Positions 12,804 to 25,009 of a DNA stretch of 64,000 bases are shown here, piece by piece. The position numbers and the translations under genes were made by a program. Location: assembly GCF_030144855.1 (NCBI RefSeq), contig NC_082731.1:25606001-25670000 (forward strand), in the 5' to 3' direction. The notes beneath the pieces are model-generated. The model was not told the origin of the DNA, ran no database searches, and worked only from the letters and a program-made list of their open reading frames with translations. How positions within the stretch are numbered: the stretch's first letter is position 1; the number at the start of each line of letters is the position of its first letter. The stretch is from Hypanus sabinus. Its lineage: Eukaryota.

Positions 12804-13103
12804 TACTCGCAGCACAGTAATACTTGGCAACGTCATCGACCCCAATCAATCTGATCTCCAAACGCAAGACAGACAAATTGGCTGTGCATTTAAATCCGCC
12901 ACGGAGATCTGGAGCATAACTGACAGTGGTGGAGTCATAGTATCTAACCGCCCATGCCAGTTCTCCTTCGGGAATTTGCCTGTACCAGAACATGACATAG
13001 TCACGAATATCGCCTCCTGTCATTTTGCACTGGATCTGAAGAGCGTCCCCCTCGGGTACATTCACTGAATCTGGCTGTGTCAGGACAACGTTAGGATTGG
13101 CAG
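12804..13103 (-). CDS. Antigen-receptor V exon V1 (IgSF V-set, unrearranged germline segment)
   Basis: Acceptor ttctattaacAG at 13105-13104. Open frame NVVLTQPDSVNVPEGDALQIQCKMTGGDIRDYVMFWYRQIPEGELAWAVRYYDSTTVSYAPDLRGGFKCTANLSVLRLEIRLIGVDDVAKYYCAAS, with C22, W36, D-x-A-x-Y-Y-C, ending directly at an RSS. Confidence 0.95.
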
Positions 13104-13545
13104 CTGTTAATAGAAGAAATCAAAAGAAATAGCTAAAGCTTTGAAAGACTAAACCATTGCACGCCAATAGATTTTTTATTTCATTGGATCAGATCCGAAC
13201 GGTTAAGGACAAGGAAGGAAAATTGTCATAGGTGTCTGAACTTGCTTTCACCTGTGTCTACATTTAGTTGATTCTCCACTATCCTCCGTTTGTCTGGCAA
13301 ATGTAGTAGTTTGGTACTGGTATTAACAAGTAATAACTGCATGCCTGACGACGATCAAGCGTCTTTTTTTTTTACATATTTGGCATCATTTCACATTTTA
13401 GCATTTGCTATTAAAAATATCGACCACTGTGTCAAATACACAAAAGTTGTAAACAGTTATTTTTCTTGGCCTGTCGAACACTATTTCTCGCAAATGAATA
13501 TCAAAATTCCTTCGAGGAATGAAAGAAAATATAGACGAAGCTTAC

Positions 13546-13591
13546 ATGACTTATGAATCAGAATCATGGCGAGACAGACGGCGATTTCCAT
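13546..13591 (-). CDS. Leader (signal peptide) exon of V segment V1, MEIAVCLAMILIHKS
   Basis: ATG at 13591; 15 codons + 1 nt, then donor GTAAGC. It splices in phase 1 over a 442-bp intron (13545-13104) to the V exon, giving ...IHKS-S-ANP/NVVLTQ. Confidence 0.85.
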
Positions 13592-13737
13592 TACACGAAT
13601 TTGGTCTGGTGAGTTCACTGAATTGGAAAGATTAGAACTGCAATTCGACTCTTGAGTAAGGGTCCTTGACGATCTGCTGAGTTTGGTGAATTGCACCAAA
13701 TAACCATTGTATAGTTCAGAGGGTTGTACCAAATTCT

Positions 13738-13745
13738 TCACGTCA
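13738..13745 (-). promoter_or_regulatory. CRE-like element upstream of the V1 leader
   Basis: TGACGTGA on the minus strand about 150 nt upstream of the ATG. A matching TGACGT core lies upstream of V2. Confidence 0.5.
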
Positions 13746-14599
13746 TCACAGATGCAGGAAATTACTCAAATGACTGCTTGATAGCCAAAAGGGCGTCTCA
13801 ATCCTACCACCTCAAAGACAAAGCAGGATTGGCACTGATATGTCGATAAACGCCCTTACCGATGATGCTCGAACTCTTCTCCACAACTGTAAACAACAGT
13901 TACTGCGGTTAGCATTAATGAAATGCTAACATTGTAAGCTAAAATATAAATGCAGTAAAAGAGGAGATTTAATGATCCCGGTAGTCCGTGTACTTATCCA
14001 TCAGATAACGAGCGTTTTCATGTTCAACTTTTTTTTACTTCGGAGCTTCTGGAAAATTGTCAATTCGTTTTAGGAGGAAGTCTGCGACACAGTCAGTAAT
14101 TACAAGTCTGAATCACATGGTTATCTCTGCAACAAATGCAGCTCCATGTTCTGCGTTTCTTCGCCTTAATATATGTAAATACAGCGTCCTATATGTGAAT
14201 CTGCATTCAACTCTTGAAATATATTTTGCCAAACATCACAGCCGAATTTTCCTCTCTCACCCTCTTTAGACCTACCACGTTCTTTTCTTTTTTTTTGCTT
14301 GTGGATAGCGTTATGGTCTGCAACTCCCATTAGATTCGTTTTATCTCAAACGTTACACATCTATTCACAATGATAGAACAACTTCCGACCTATGTCACAG
14401 CTTTCTAATGACTTGAATTGCTTTATTTTACCAACAGAGCAACACAGACTCTTCTACTTTGCTGTCTGCAATGTTTATCTTTGGACAAACAGGACCCAGC
14501 AATAATCATCGTTCAACATTGTTTCAGAGGTGCCAATCTGCAACTCAGTGGCAGATTCATCTACCTTATTCTTAATAACGTGCCTATTCAAGTATTACC

Positions 14600-16560
14600 C
14601 CATCATTCCTGTATTCACCCCTTTTCGATTTTGCCCAACCATTTTCTTGCAAATAACTGTGCAGACTGTAATCCTCCTGCCCTCTCAACTTCCTCTCCTC
14701 ACTACATATTCCCTTTGTTTGCAGAACAACCACCTCATCATCCGCACTGTAATTCCGGTTCGCATCCCTCTGCCAAAGTAGTTTAAACCATCTGAAAAAC
14801 TCTAGCTAGTCTGCCCGCAAAAATATTGGATAACTCTTCTTCACCTGTAACTAGTACCTTTTGTACAAGGCGTACTTGTTTCACAGAAGAGATTCCAATG
14901 AACCTCAGATCTGAACTCATGCTTCCTGCACCATTTCCGCAGCCAGACATTCACCTGCGAAACCATCCAAGTCTTACCCTGCACGGCACGTAAAACAGGC
15001 AGATATCCAGAGAGTAATACCGGAGGTCTGTTTCTCAGCTTTCCTCCGAGCTCCCTGAAATTTCTCTTCAGTACATCGTCGATTTTCCACTTATTCAATC
15101 GCTGCCAATATGTATGTACCAAGACTGTGTGCTACACATTCCACCCCTCCCCCCGATATAGAATAATGTAGACCGATTACTTATGTATTTATTCTTTGTA
15201 TCTGTTTATTCGTTTGCTTCTTTTATATTTGCACATGTACTTGCGTTTTACATATTGATTCCTTGCCCATCGTTCTTGTATGCAGTTTTTCACTGTGCCT
15301 CTTTATATTTACTGTGTATACCAAAAAGAAAATGATATTAGTATATATTGATATCTATGTACTTTGATAATAAGTTTATTTTGAAATTTGAACTTGGAGT
15401 GATGAGACAATGTGGACAGTGGTGGAGAAGGGTGATACTGTGTTCGGGGCCACATAGATCAGGAGGTGGATGTAAAGGCACAGAGGGCGAGCAGTTACTT
15501 GTCGCTGTAAAATTAAATTTTATTGCTCCCAAGTTGAAAGTGCCATGGAGAGTATCAGTGCCCTCAAGTTCTACGATTTACTGTGAAAGAATTTATCTGG
15601 TCTGACTTCCCAAACCGAATTGTCTGCTGCTGTGTCATGCAGCCTGGAAATAGGACCCTTGGCCCATTTGTTCAATACTGACCAAGTTTCGCATCAATGC
15701 TGTGCATTTGCCAGTGCACAGGCCACATCAGTCCAAAACAGATTTTCCAGCTCCTCTATTCCCTGGACCAGAACCATTAAGCAATCCATCCTATCGATGC
15801 AGTACTGAAAGGTCTTCTGAAACCCCAACGAGACAACATCAACTGGTTCTCCTGTGGCTTTTCTGCTTGTTATTTCTTCAAAGATTCCAATAGGTTTGAC
15901 AGAAAGTATTTTTCGTTGTAGAAACCATGCGATTGTGGGTAATTTTATGACTGCAAGTAACACACAACAACATCCTGAACAATAAATTTCAAAGTCTTCC
16001 CAATTCACTGGGGTCAGGTTTCAGGCATATAACTTTAAGTCTTCTGCATATCTCCTTCTTGAAGAATGGAATGACATTTGCAAATGTCCAGACTTTCAGA
16101 ATCATTTCAGAATTCAGTAGCCTTTCAAATATCATTACAAATGCCTCCACAATCGCTTGATTTCTGAATATTTTGGTGTACACTATCCAGAACGCATGAT
16201 TTTTCTACCTCCATACTTTTCCGTTTCTCAAGGATTTTATCCATAGTAATGGAAACTTCACACAGTTCATGGCGCCTGACATCTGGAACTTCTACCATAA
16301 TGCTAGTGCCTTCCTCAGTGAAAATTGATGTGAAATATTTATTAAGTTCATCCGACATTTCCTTGCCCCCATCACTGCGTTTCACGCGTTGTTTTACGCC
16401 GGTTCGATATTTGCTCTCGCCTGTCTTTTGCACTTTGGTATCCTCTTTAATATTACTGGCTAGCGAGTTCTCGTCTTCTATCTTAACCTTTCTACTTTAT
16501 TTTATAGTTGCCTTCCGTTATTTTTTTAACGCTTCCCACTGTTTTCAATTGAAGCAGGAA
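14600..16560 (-). mobile_element. Degenerate CR1 fragments (ORF1-like 14840-15120; ORF2 15900-16560)
   Basis: WLRKWCRKHEFR (ORF1 esterase-like) and DELNKYFTSIFTEE / WTFANVIPFFKK (ORF2) motifs. Confidence 0.65.
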
Positions 16561-16565
16561 TTTGA

Positions 16566-19500
16566 GAGTGAAGGATAAAAGACATCTCGGAGAAAATCCT
16601 TTTTTTTTTCCCTGGTCGGGGAAAAGAGGGTAGGCGTGACGTAGCGCGCCGAAGGTTTAAAAAAGCGAGTAATTTTCCAACGGACATTTTAAAACGAAGC
16701 AAGGGGCTAAGAGTGAAGGATGAAAGACTTCTCGGAGAGAAACCATTTTTTTGTTACAGATCGGGGAAGGGAGGCTAAAACTGCCCAGGCGCCCCAAAGG
16801 TTGAAAAGCAAAAACGCCATATACAGCAGCCATCGTCGGAGTTGACTGAGTCAGCTTTGGCTCAACAGGCTTCGGCGTGAACAGGCAGAGGCGAGGGTAG
16901 TTTCCAGTAAGTTTTGCTTTATTCTTTTAGAGTAGATAGAATGCCAGGCAGGATGTTGGAATGCTCCACTGCCGGATGTGGGATGTCAAGGAGACTAACG
17001 GTGACCCCGACAACGACATCTGCACGAAGTGCACACAGGTACAGCTCTGAACAAACCGCGTTAGGGAACTGGAGCAGGAGCTGAATTACCTCAGGATCAT
17101 TCGGGAAAATGAGTAGTTTATAGAGTGTAGGTTCGTGGAGGTAGTTACACCAAAGGAGCGGCCCACAGTTAATTGGGTGACCGTCTGGCGAGGGAACGGA
17201 AAAGGTTAGGCAGAGTAACGATCTGCTGCGGCCACTCCCCTCAAAATAAGTATACCGTTTTGGATAATACTGGGGGTGTGGGTATAACTTACCTGAGATA
17301 AGCTGCAGCAGCCGGATCTCAGGCACAGAATCTGGTCATGCAGTGCAGAAGGGCGGGGGGAAGAGGAGGAGAGCGGTAGTTTTAGGGGTCTGGATAGTTA
17401 GAGGTACAGACAGGAGGTTCTGCGGTCATCACGGAAACTCCCGGATGGTTTGTTGACTCCATGGTGCAAGTGTCAGTGATGTCTCCGATCGCGTGCACAG
17501 CATTCTGAAATGGGGAATGAGCAATCAGAGGTCTTTGTGCACATCGGTATCATGAAGTAGGCAGAAGGAGTGAGGAGGTCCTGAAGAGAGAGTATAGAGA
17601 GCTTAGTAGGATGTTAAAAAGCAGGACATCAGATGTGGTAATCACAGGATTGCAATCTATGCCATGTGACAGTCAGAGTAAGAATAGGATGCTCTGAAGT
17701 ACGAACTTGTGAGGGGAGAGTGTTTCAGATTTCAGTATCATTGGGTCCTCTTCTGAGGCAGGTGGGACCTGTGCAAGAGAGATTGGTTACACCTGAACTA
17801 CAGGGGGACCAATAACCTCGCAGGGAGGATTATTAGTGATGTTGCGGGGGTGGGGTTAATCTAGCCTTTCAGGAGGATGGGAGCCATAGTACCAGAGTGG
17901 ATTTTGGAGCTGGGGTTAAAAAACGATGTTAAAGGTTCATGCAAAGTCACAAATAGAAAGGTTGTGTGTGGTCGTAAAAATCTTCTAATGTGTGACTATT
18001 TCAATGCGTGGAGTATTGTGGGCAAGGCTGACCAGCAGAGGGCGTGGATTGACAGGTGGAATTATGGTATTATAGCCATAGTGAAACTCTACAGGAGGGG
18101 CAGGACTAGCAGCTTATTGTTCCAGGGTTCCGACGTTTCGGATGTGACAGAAGCAGAGGGATGAATAGTTGGGGTTGGCATTGCTAGTCAGGGAATGTGT
18201 TACAGCAATGCTCAAGCAGTACAGATTAGAGGGCTTGTCTACCGTGGCCATGTGTGTGGAGCTGAGAAACAGAAATATATTACCACATTAACGGGGCTGT
18301 ATTATAGACCGTTCAATAGTCAGCGAGAGTTGGAGGAGCAAATCTACAGAGAGATAGCAAACAACTGCAGGAACCATAAATTTGTGAAAATAGGTGATTT
18401 TAATTTTCCACATATTGTTTAGGAATCCCATACTGCTGAAGGACTAGACGGATTAGAGTTTGTAAAATGCTTTCAGGAAAGTTTTCTAAATCAATATATA
18501 GAAGTACCGACGACAGAGGATGCAATATTAGATCTCCTAATAGGTATGGAGTTAGGACAAGTGACGGAAGTGTGTGCAGGGGAACACTTTGGTTCCAGTG
18601 ATCATAGCACCTTTAGTTTCAAATTGATCATGGATAAAGATAGATCTGGGCCTCTGGTTCAGGTTCTAAACTGGAAAAAGTCAAAATGTAAAGAAATGAG
18701 AAAGAATCTAAAAAGCGTGGAATAGGACAGGTTGTTCTCTGGCAAGGATGCCGTTGGTAAGTCGAAGGCCTTCAAAGGAGAAATTTTAAGAGTGCAGAGT
18801 TTGCATTTTGCTGTCAGGGTTAAAGGCATTGTGACGAAAAACCTTCGATGGCTAGCGATATTGGAACTCTGATAAAGAAGAAGATAGAGATTTATGACAT
18901 GTGTCAGAAACGGAGCAAATAAGGTACTTGATGAGTATAAAAAGTGCAAAAAATTCAGAAGAAAAGAAAAACAGGAGGCTAAAAGAAGACATAAGGTAGA
19001 TTTTCAGCCAAGCCAAAGAATAATCCTCGGAGTTCCTACAGATAATTTAATAGCGAAAGGATAGTAAGTGATAAATTTTGTCCTCTTGAACATCAGAGTA
19101 GCCGGCTATATATGAAACCAAAATAAATGGGGGAGATCAGTATTTACGAAGGAAAGGGACATATCCTCAATGGAAATATGGCAAAAAAGCAGTGAGGTCA
19201 TGGAACCAATTTAGATTGAAGAGGAGGAAGTGCTTGTGATATTGAGGCAGAACAGAGTAGATAAATCCCCAGCTCCTGACAGGGTATTCCCTCGGTCCTT
19301 GAAGAAGACTAGTGTTAAAATTGCAGGAGCGTTGGAAGATATATTTATAATGTCTGTATCTGCGGGTGAAGTGCCGGAGGATTGGAGGATAGCTCATGTT
19401 GTTCCGTTGTTTAGAAAACTTTCTAAAAGTAATCCAGGAAATTATAGGCCGGTAAATTTGACGTTGTTAGTGGGTAAACTATTGGCAGGAGTTGTAAGAG

Positions 19501-20835
19501 ATAGGATCTACAAGTATTTAGATAGAAACGGAATAATTAGGGAGAGTCAATACGGCTTTTTGCGAGGTACGTCATGTTTAACAAAATTATTAGTTTTTCG
19601 AGGAAGTTACAAGGAAAGAGGATGAAGGGAAGGCTGTGGATCTTGACTACATGGAATTCAGCAAGGCATTTGACAAGGTCCTGCATGCGAGGTTATTTAG
19701 GAAGAATCAGTCGCTAGGTATACATGGTGAGGTGGTATATTGGATTAGACATGGCCTCATTGGGAGAAGTCAGAGGGTGGTCGCGGAAGATTTCTTCTCT
19801 GAGTGGAGGCCCGTGACTAGTGGCGTGCCACGGGGATCAGTGCTGGGTCCATTGTTATTTGTCATCTATATCAATGATCTGGGGAATTATGTGGTATATT
19901 GGATCAGCGAATTTGCTGATGATACAAAGATTGGAGGTGTAGTGGACAGTGAGCAAGGTTTTCTAAACTTGAGGATGGATTTGAACCAGCTGGAAAATGT
20001 GTTTAAAAATGGCAGATGTAGTTTAATACAGACAAGTGTGAGGCATTGCACTTTGGAAAGGAAAACCAACGTAGAATATCAAAGGTAAATGGCAATGCAC
20101 TGAGGAGTACCGTAAAACAGAGTGATCTGGGATACAGATACAAAATTACCTAAAATTGGAGCCACAGGTTGATTGGGTAGTAAAGAGAGCTTTTGGTACT
20201 TTGGCCTTTATAAATCATTATATTAAGTATAAGAGTTGTAATGTTATGTTGAGGGTGTATCAGGCATTGGTGCGGCCGAATTTGGAGTATTGTGTGGAGT
20301 TTTGGTCGACGAATTACAGGAAGGATATTAATAAGATTGAAAGAGTGCAGAAAGGATTTACAAGGATGTTGCCGGGACTAGAAAAACTGAGTTACAGAGA
20401 TAATTTGGATAGGTTAGGCCTTTATTCCCTGGAGCGCAGCAAAATGAGGGGAGGTTTGATAGAGGTATTCACTGTTCTGATGAGTATAGATACAGCGAAT
20501 GCAAGCAGGCTTTTCTGCTGAGGTTAGGGGAGAAAAACAACAGAGGACACGGGTTAAGGGTGAAACGGGAAATGTTTAAAGGGAACATTAGTGTGGGGGC
20601 TTCTTTACACAGAGAGTGGTTGGAGTGTGGAATAAGCTGCCAGATGAAGTAGGTAATGCGGCTCACTTTTAAAATTTAAGAAAATCTTAAACAGCTACAT
20701 GGATGAGAGGTGTATGGAGGGATATGGTCCAGTTGCAGGACCTTGGGGCAAGGCAGAAAAATTGCTCGGCTCTGCCAAGAATGTCCAAAAAGGCGTGTTG
20801 CTGTGTTGTAATGTTTTATGGTTCTACGGTTCTAT
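16566..20835 (+). mobile_element. Near full-length but inactivated CR1 LINE (5'UTR, ORF1, APE-RT ORF2, 3' tail)
   Basis: ORF1 from about 16941 (Cys-rich N-terminus, coiled coil, SGNH-esterase-like RAVV.G..IVRGTDRRFCG). APE motifs (GLYYRP, GDFNFP). RT pieces 19230-20521 (GNYRPVNLT, GVPRGSVLGPLLF, FADDTKIGG). gttctac/gttctat tail. Multiple stops and frameshifts. Confidence 0.9.
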
Positions 20836-20849
20836 TCCTCTTATTATTT

Positions 20850-22260
20850 ACTCACTTTCATGCCTCGGCTTTCGCTTTTATGTTGGCTTTAATGTTCCTT
20901 GTTCGCCATGGTTGTGTCATCCTGTCTTTAGAATACCTCTTCCTCTTGGTGAAGTATATATCAAGTGCCTGCTGAATAGCTTCCCATAATTCCAGCCATT
21001 GCTTCGTAACCGTCATTCTTAGCAGTGTTATTTTCCAAACAATTCTGCCAATCAACTCTTCTTTCATGCCTCTGTAACTTTTTATTACACGGATTTAAAA
21101 CTAGTGCATCTGAATTTAACGCCTTTTCAAATTTTAGTGCGAATTTTACCGTAATATTATCACTTTTCCTTCAGGGTTATTTTACCTTCAGCTCGCTGAT
21201 CAATTCCAGTTTATTTTACAACAACCAATCTAATATACACAATCTGCCTGAAGGATACCGGGTTCAATTGTGCTTAGGTGTAATGCCTCCCATTCGTACA
21301 GATCATACCTTCCCGATATAAGATCCCGATCATCCATAAATTGCAACCCCTCCCTCTGCACGAGTTCCTCGTCCAGGCATTCACATTCCAAATCATATTC
21401 TTATCCTGAGTGGCATGTGGCAGCGATTACAGCCGAGCAGGTCCTTTTTCTAAGCTTTCTACCGTACTACCTGAAATCTGCCTTCAGGGCCTCGGCTCCT
21501 TGTGTCGTTGGTGATAATAGGTAGCAAGTATTTTACGAGATTCCTTGATGAGGATCTTTTGGATCCAGTTGTTGGGTTATGTAAAGAGAAGTTTGGGACA
21601 AGGCCTCAATCGAAAGTTGAACATAAAACAAACACCAGCCGATACCAAGAGTAGGTTTAGGATGGAGCACCGAAACTCTGATGAGCTGTTCCTTAAATAC
21701 TCATTTGCTGGCACAGAAAATATGAGTTAGTGGGTCCGTTCTGAAACCTTTAAGGGGCTGTGGCATGCATCCGTACTGCTGAGAGTTAAAACATCTGAAT
21801 CTTGGAAGCTGCTGTGTTTCTAAGCATTTTGTAACATAAACTTCTGCTTTCTCACCCTGGCCTTTTCTAATGGCATGGACCGGGACCCAGGCATCACTGA
21901 TCTTGGTGCCAAGCAGGCAAAATGCCACTCGGGTGTCTCTTTCGCTCCCGCCCATGGATGGTCTCCTCAACTCAGGAGTACCTAATGTTGTGTACTTATT
22001 AGTGAAGGATAAAGACACAGATGCACTCTGCACTGGATGTACACTTCTCCTAACAGTCGCCAAGTTACAAATCACCTTTAATCCTGGCGTGACTACCTCC
22101 GTGCAGCTCCTAGCTTTCAGAATTCCTGCATCCCAAACAAGGTACAGAACACTGCCGTTGGAAGCATGCTCACGACACTACTATGCACTGAGAGGTACGG
22201 ATCAACAAATAAGGACATAAACAGAGAGAACAATCAAATTCTTACATCGCTCAATGCTGA
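20850..22260 (-). mobile_element. Degenerate CR1 fragments
   Basis: QPWRTRNIKANIKAK and APE/ORF1-like remnants on the minus strand. Confidence 0.6.
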
Positions 22261-22920
22261 TCTCGCTAAGACTGATTAGCCAAAACAACTCTAAATACTT
22301 AGAAGAGTGGTTGCTCCATTTGCACCTGTGCTATTCATTTTTTACTGGCGCTTTCTAACTAATCACTTGAGAGAAGTAGCTCTTCAAATCAGAGAAACTC
22401 CCACAAACTTTTTGTTTAAACTCTTAATCGTTGTCCGGATTGAAACTCAAGTCTTTTAGCGCACGCCTGAATTAAATTGTTCAATCCCTAATATAGGCTT
22501 CCACGTTATTTGTTCATAAAAGGTGGAAGTACACATATACTGACAATTATCTATTGAAGAAACAGGGAGAGAACAAAGAGTTGGAATAAAATCTGAAAGT
22601 ACTTAAGTTCATAAAATATATAGACAGCAGAGGTAGCAAACCACTGAATGAAACAAAATATTGCAAATATTTAAATATACGTGGCTTTAAAGGGTTGAAA
22701 ATTTACGCTCTTTCTGCAGCGTACTGTCGGGGTGCAAAACGCAAACTCATTGGTTCTTGGGCGGTGTTGTCCGTTTTGGAAATAATTGCTGCTACATAGC
22801 AGCAGTCATAAATCACAACTTGAGAGTCAGAGTCAGGTATTCATGCTAAAACTATTATTCTTATCACTGTATACTCATTACATAGAAAAAAAAACGAAAT
22901 AAACAGAAGTTAACAGTGTT

Positions 22921-22986
22921 ATGCGTGTGTGTGCGTGTGTGTGTGTGTGTGTGTGCGTATGCTTGAGCGCGCGCGAGCGCGCGCAC
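22921..22986. repeat. Alternating purine-pyrimidine (GT)n/(GC)n tract
   Basis: gcgtgtgtgtgcgtgtg...gagcgcgcgcgagcgcgcgcac. Confidence 0.9.
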
Positions 22987-23699
22987 TGCTCCCAAACAGT
23001 CAAGCTTAGGAACAGCTCTTGAAGTCTTAAAATGCAAAACTAGGAAGGTCCGGTAATCCTCGGAATATATGAAGACAGTAATTTGTAAATCTACATTAAA
23101 GTGTAGTGGGAAAGCGATCACGAAGAATTCCACAGGTTCCACACTGGGAAAGCAAAGTAACGGTCGTCTACGATTTTATCCGTCGAGTCGTTCCGAAATC
23201 CAAGTAGAAATATCACAAGATGACACTCACGGAATATCCCTTCGCACTAGCGGTGACCACATAGCACACCCGAATCCGGGTAAAGATCAACGAAAGTTGT
23301 GGTCAAAGGATACTCCAACAAAATCCGCGTATGGATCATACGAAGTGACAGTCTCTCATCCAATGCCGTTAGTCTGCCTAATCTTTGGCAAAGAAAAGTA
23401 TCAGACTTTACCCATTGTTGCAGCAAAATGATGCCAGCAGCATGCAGTACAAATTTCCTTCCGCAGCTTATTATACTGATGTCACCGATCCGCCTCATTC
23501 AGGCGTTCTTTTTTTTAAAGTGATACCCACTGTACGAAACAGAACTCACGTAAAACCTTCCCACAAAAAGGGAAAATTTTTATCTGCAAGAGCAAACTTT
23601 TAACTAGAAAATACAATATGTGAAACTATACATTTATGGTTGTCATATAGCATACTACAAACTAATACAACATATTGCGGAAGCGTATACAAATAATAA

Positions 23700-24740
23700 A
23701 CTGCACACAACTATTCAAACTACATTGCAAGCTTAACAGCTGGAAAGGCAATCGGCATGATATTATCAATGCCTTTAATATGAGTAATCATGAAATGGTA
23801 CTCCTTCAAAATCAGACTCTATTGTTGAATAAGAGCTTAACCATGCCCTAACTTACGACTTAACAAAGATATCTCACAGTAGCATGGCCAAATTCACTCT
23901 TAGCTATGTTAACTGTAAGGTTCACCTTGGAAAGCCTTTCATCCACTTTCCAACTGCGTGAATATTGGCTTTCCAGGTGTCATTCCTTGTGACCAAATCA
24001 TCAAAATAGGCATCTGTGTGCTGGAAATCTTGAATTACAGAACGAAACATGCTCTGGGATGTTCCTGGAACATTTTTCAACCCAAATAGCAGAACATTGT
24101 ATTCATACAACCCAGAACGTGTTACAAATGCCGAAATTTATCTACCCTTGCCCGTCAATGGAACACACTAATACCATTTCAAAGATCATTTTTTGTAATA
24201 AACTTAGCCCTTCCAAACTTAATTACACAATCCTCCACTATAGGGTTGGGAAAAGCATGTATTTTTCTTATAGCATTCACCTTTCTTTAATTAGTGTAAT
24301 GCCCGATACTACCATCTGGCTCAGTTACCATAGCAGAAGGGGGCTCCAATCTGAAGTAGAATGCTAAATGATAGCATTTCCCAACATATACTCAGTTTCT
24401 TGTTCAGCAAGTCAACACTTTTCAGTATCCGTGCAATACGGATGTTGCTTTATCAGCTTGGCATCACCGGTATCTACATCATGTGAGGCTACTGTTGTTC
24501 TTTATGAACATCAGGGAACATATCCCTAATTTTCATGATCAACCGCATTGTTGCCCCTGTTGTGGTTGTAAATTCACCAATTGTCATCAAGATTTTCTAA
24601 AACAGACGAATTGGTCAATCGGTCTGAAATACTGTTAGATTTAAAATAGGCCTCAGTAGGATCAGCTGATAAATTCACAGAGAGTTCAGACTCATTGTTA
24701 TTGACAGCAACCGTCAAATCTGTTGTTTTTTTTTTCTCAT
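23700..24740 (-). mobile_element. Degenerate Gypsy LTR retrotransposon pol (RT) fragment
   Basis: ORF 24110-23922 YNVLLFGLKNVPGTSQSM...DAYFDDLV, matching the Gypsy RT PFG.KNAP.TFQ / YxDD pattern. Confidence 0.75.
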
Positions 24741-25009
24741 GGCACAGTTTCAGCATGTATGCATGACAAAGTTGCGTTGGCCTTCATACATCTGGTATTT
24801 TAACTACATAATCCACATCATTGATTTTAGAAACAACCTAATGAAGACTACGAAATTTCGCTTGCACAGTGTTTGCTTGCGTAGGAAAGAAAACAAGTAC
24901 TATATATCCCGGCTTGAATTAACTCATTCTATCTGCTTTATCATACAGAGTTTTCATTCCTTCTTGGGCTGATATTAAATTTTCCCTTGAAATCTCCCAA
25001 AGTTCAAGT

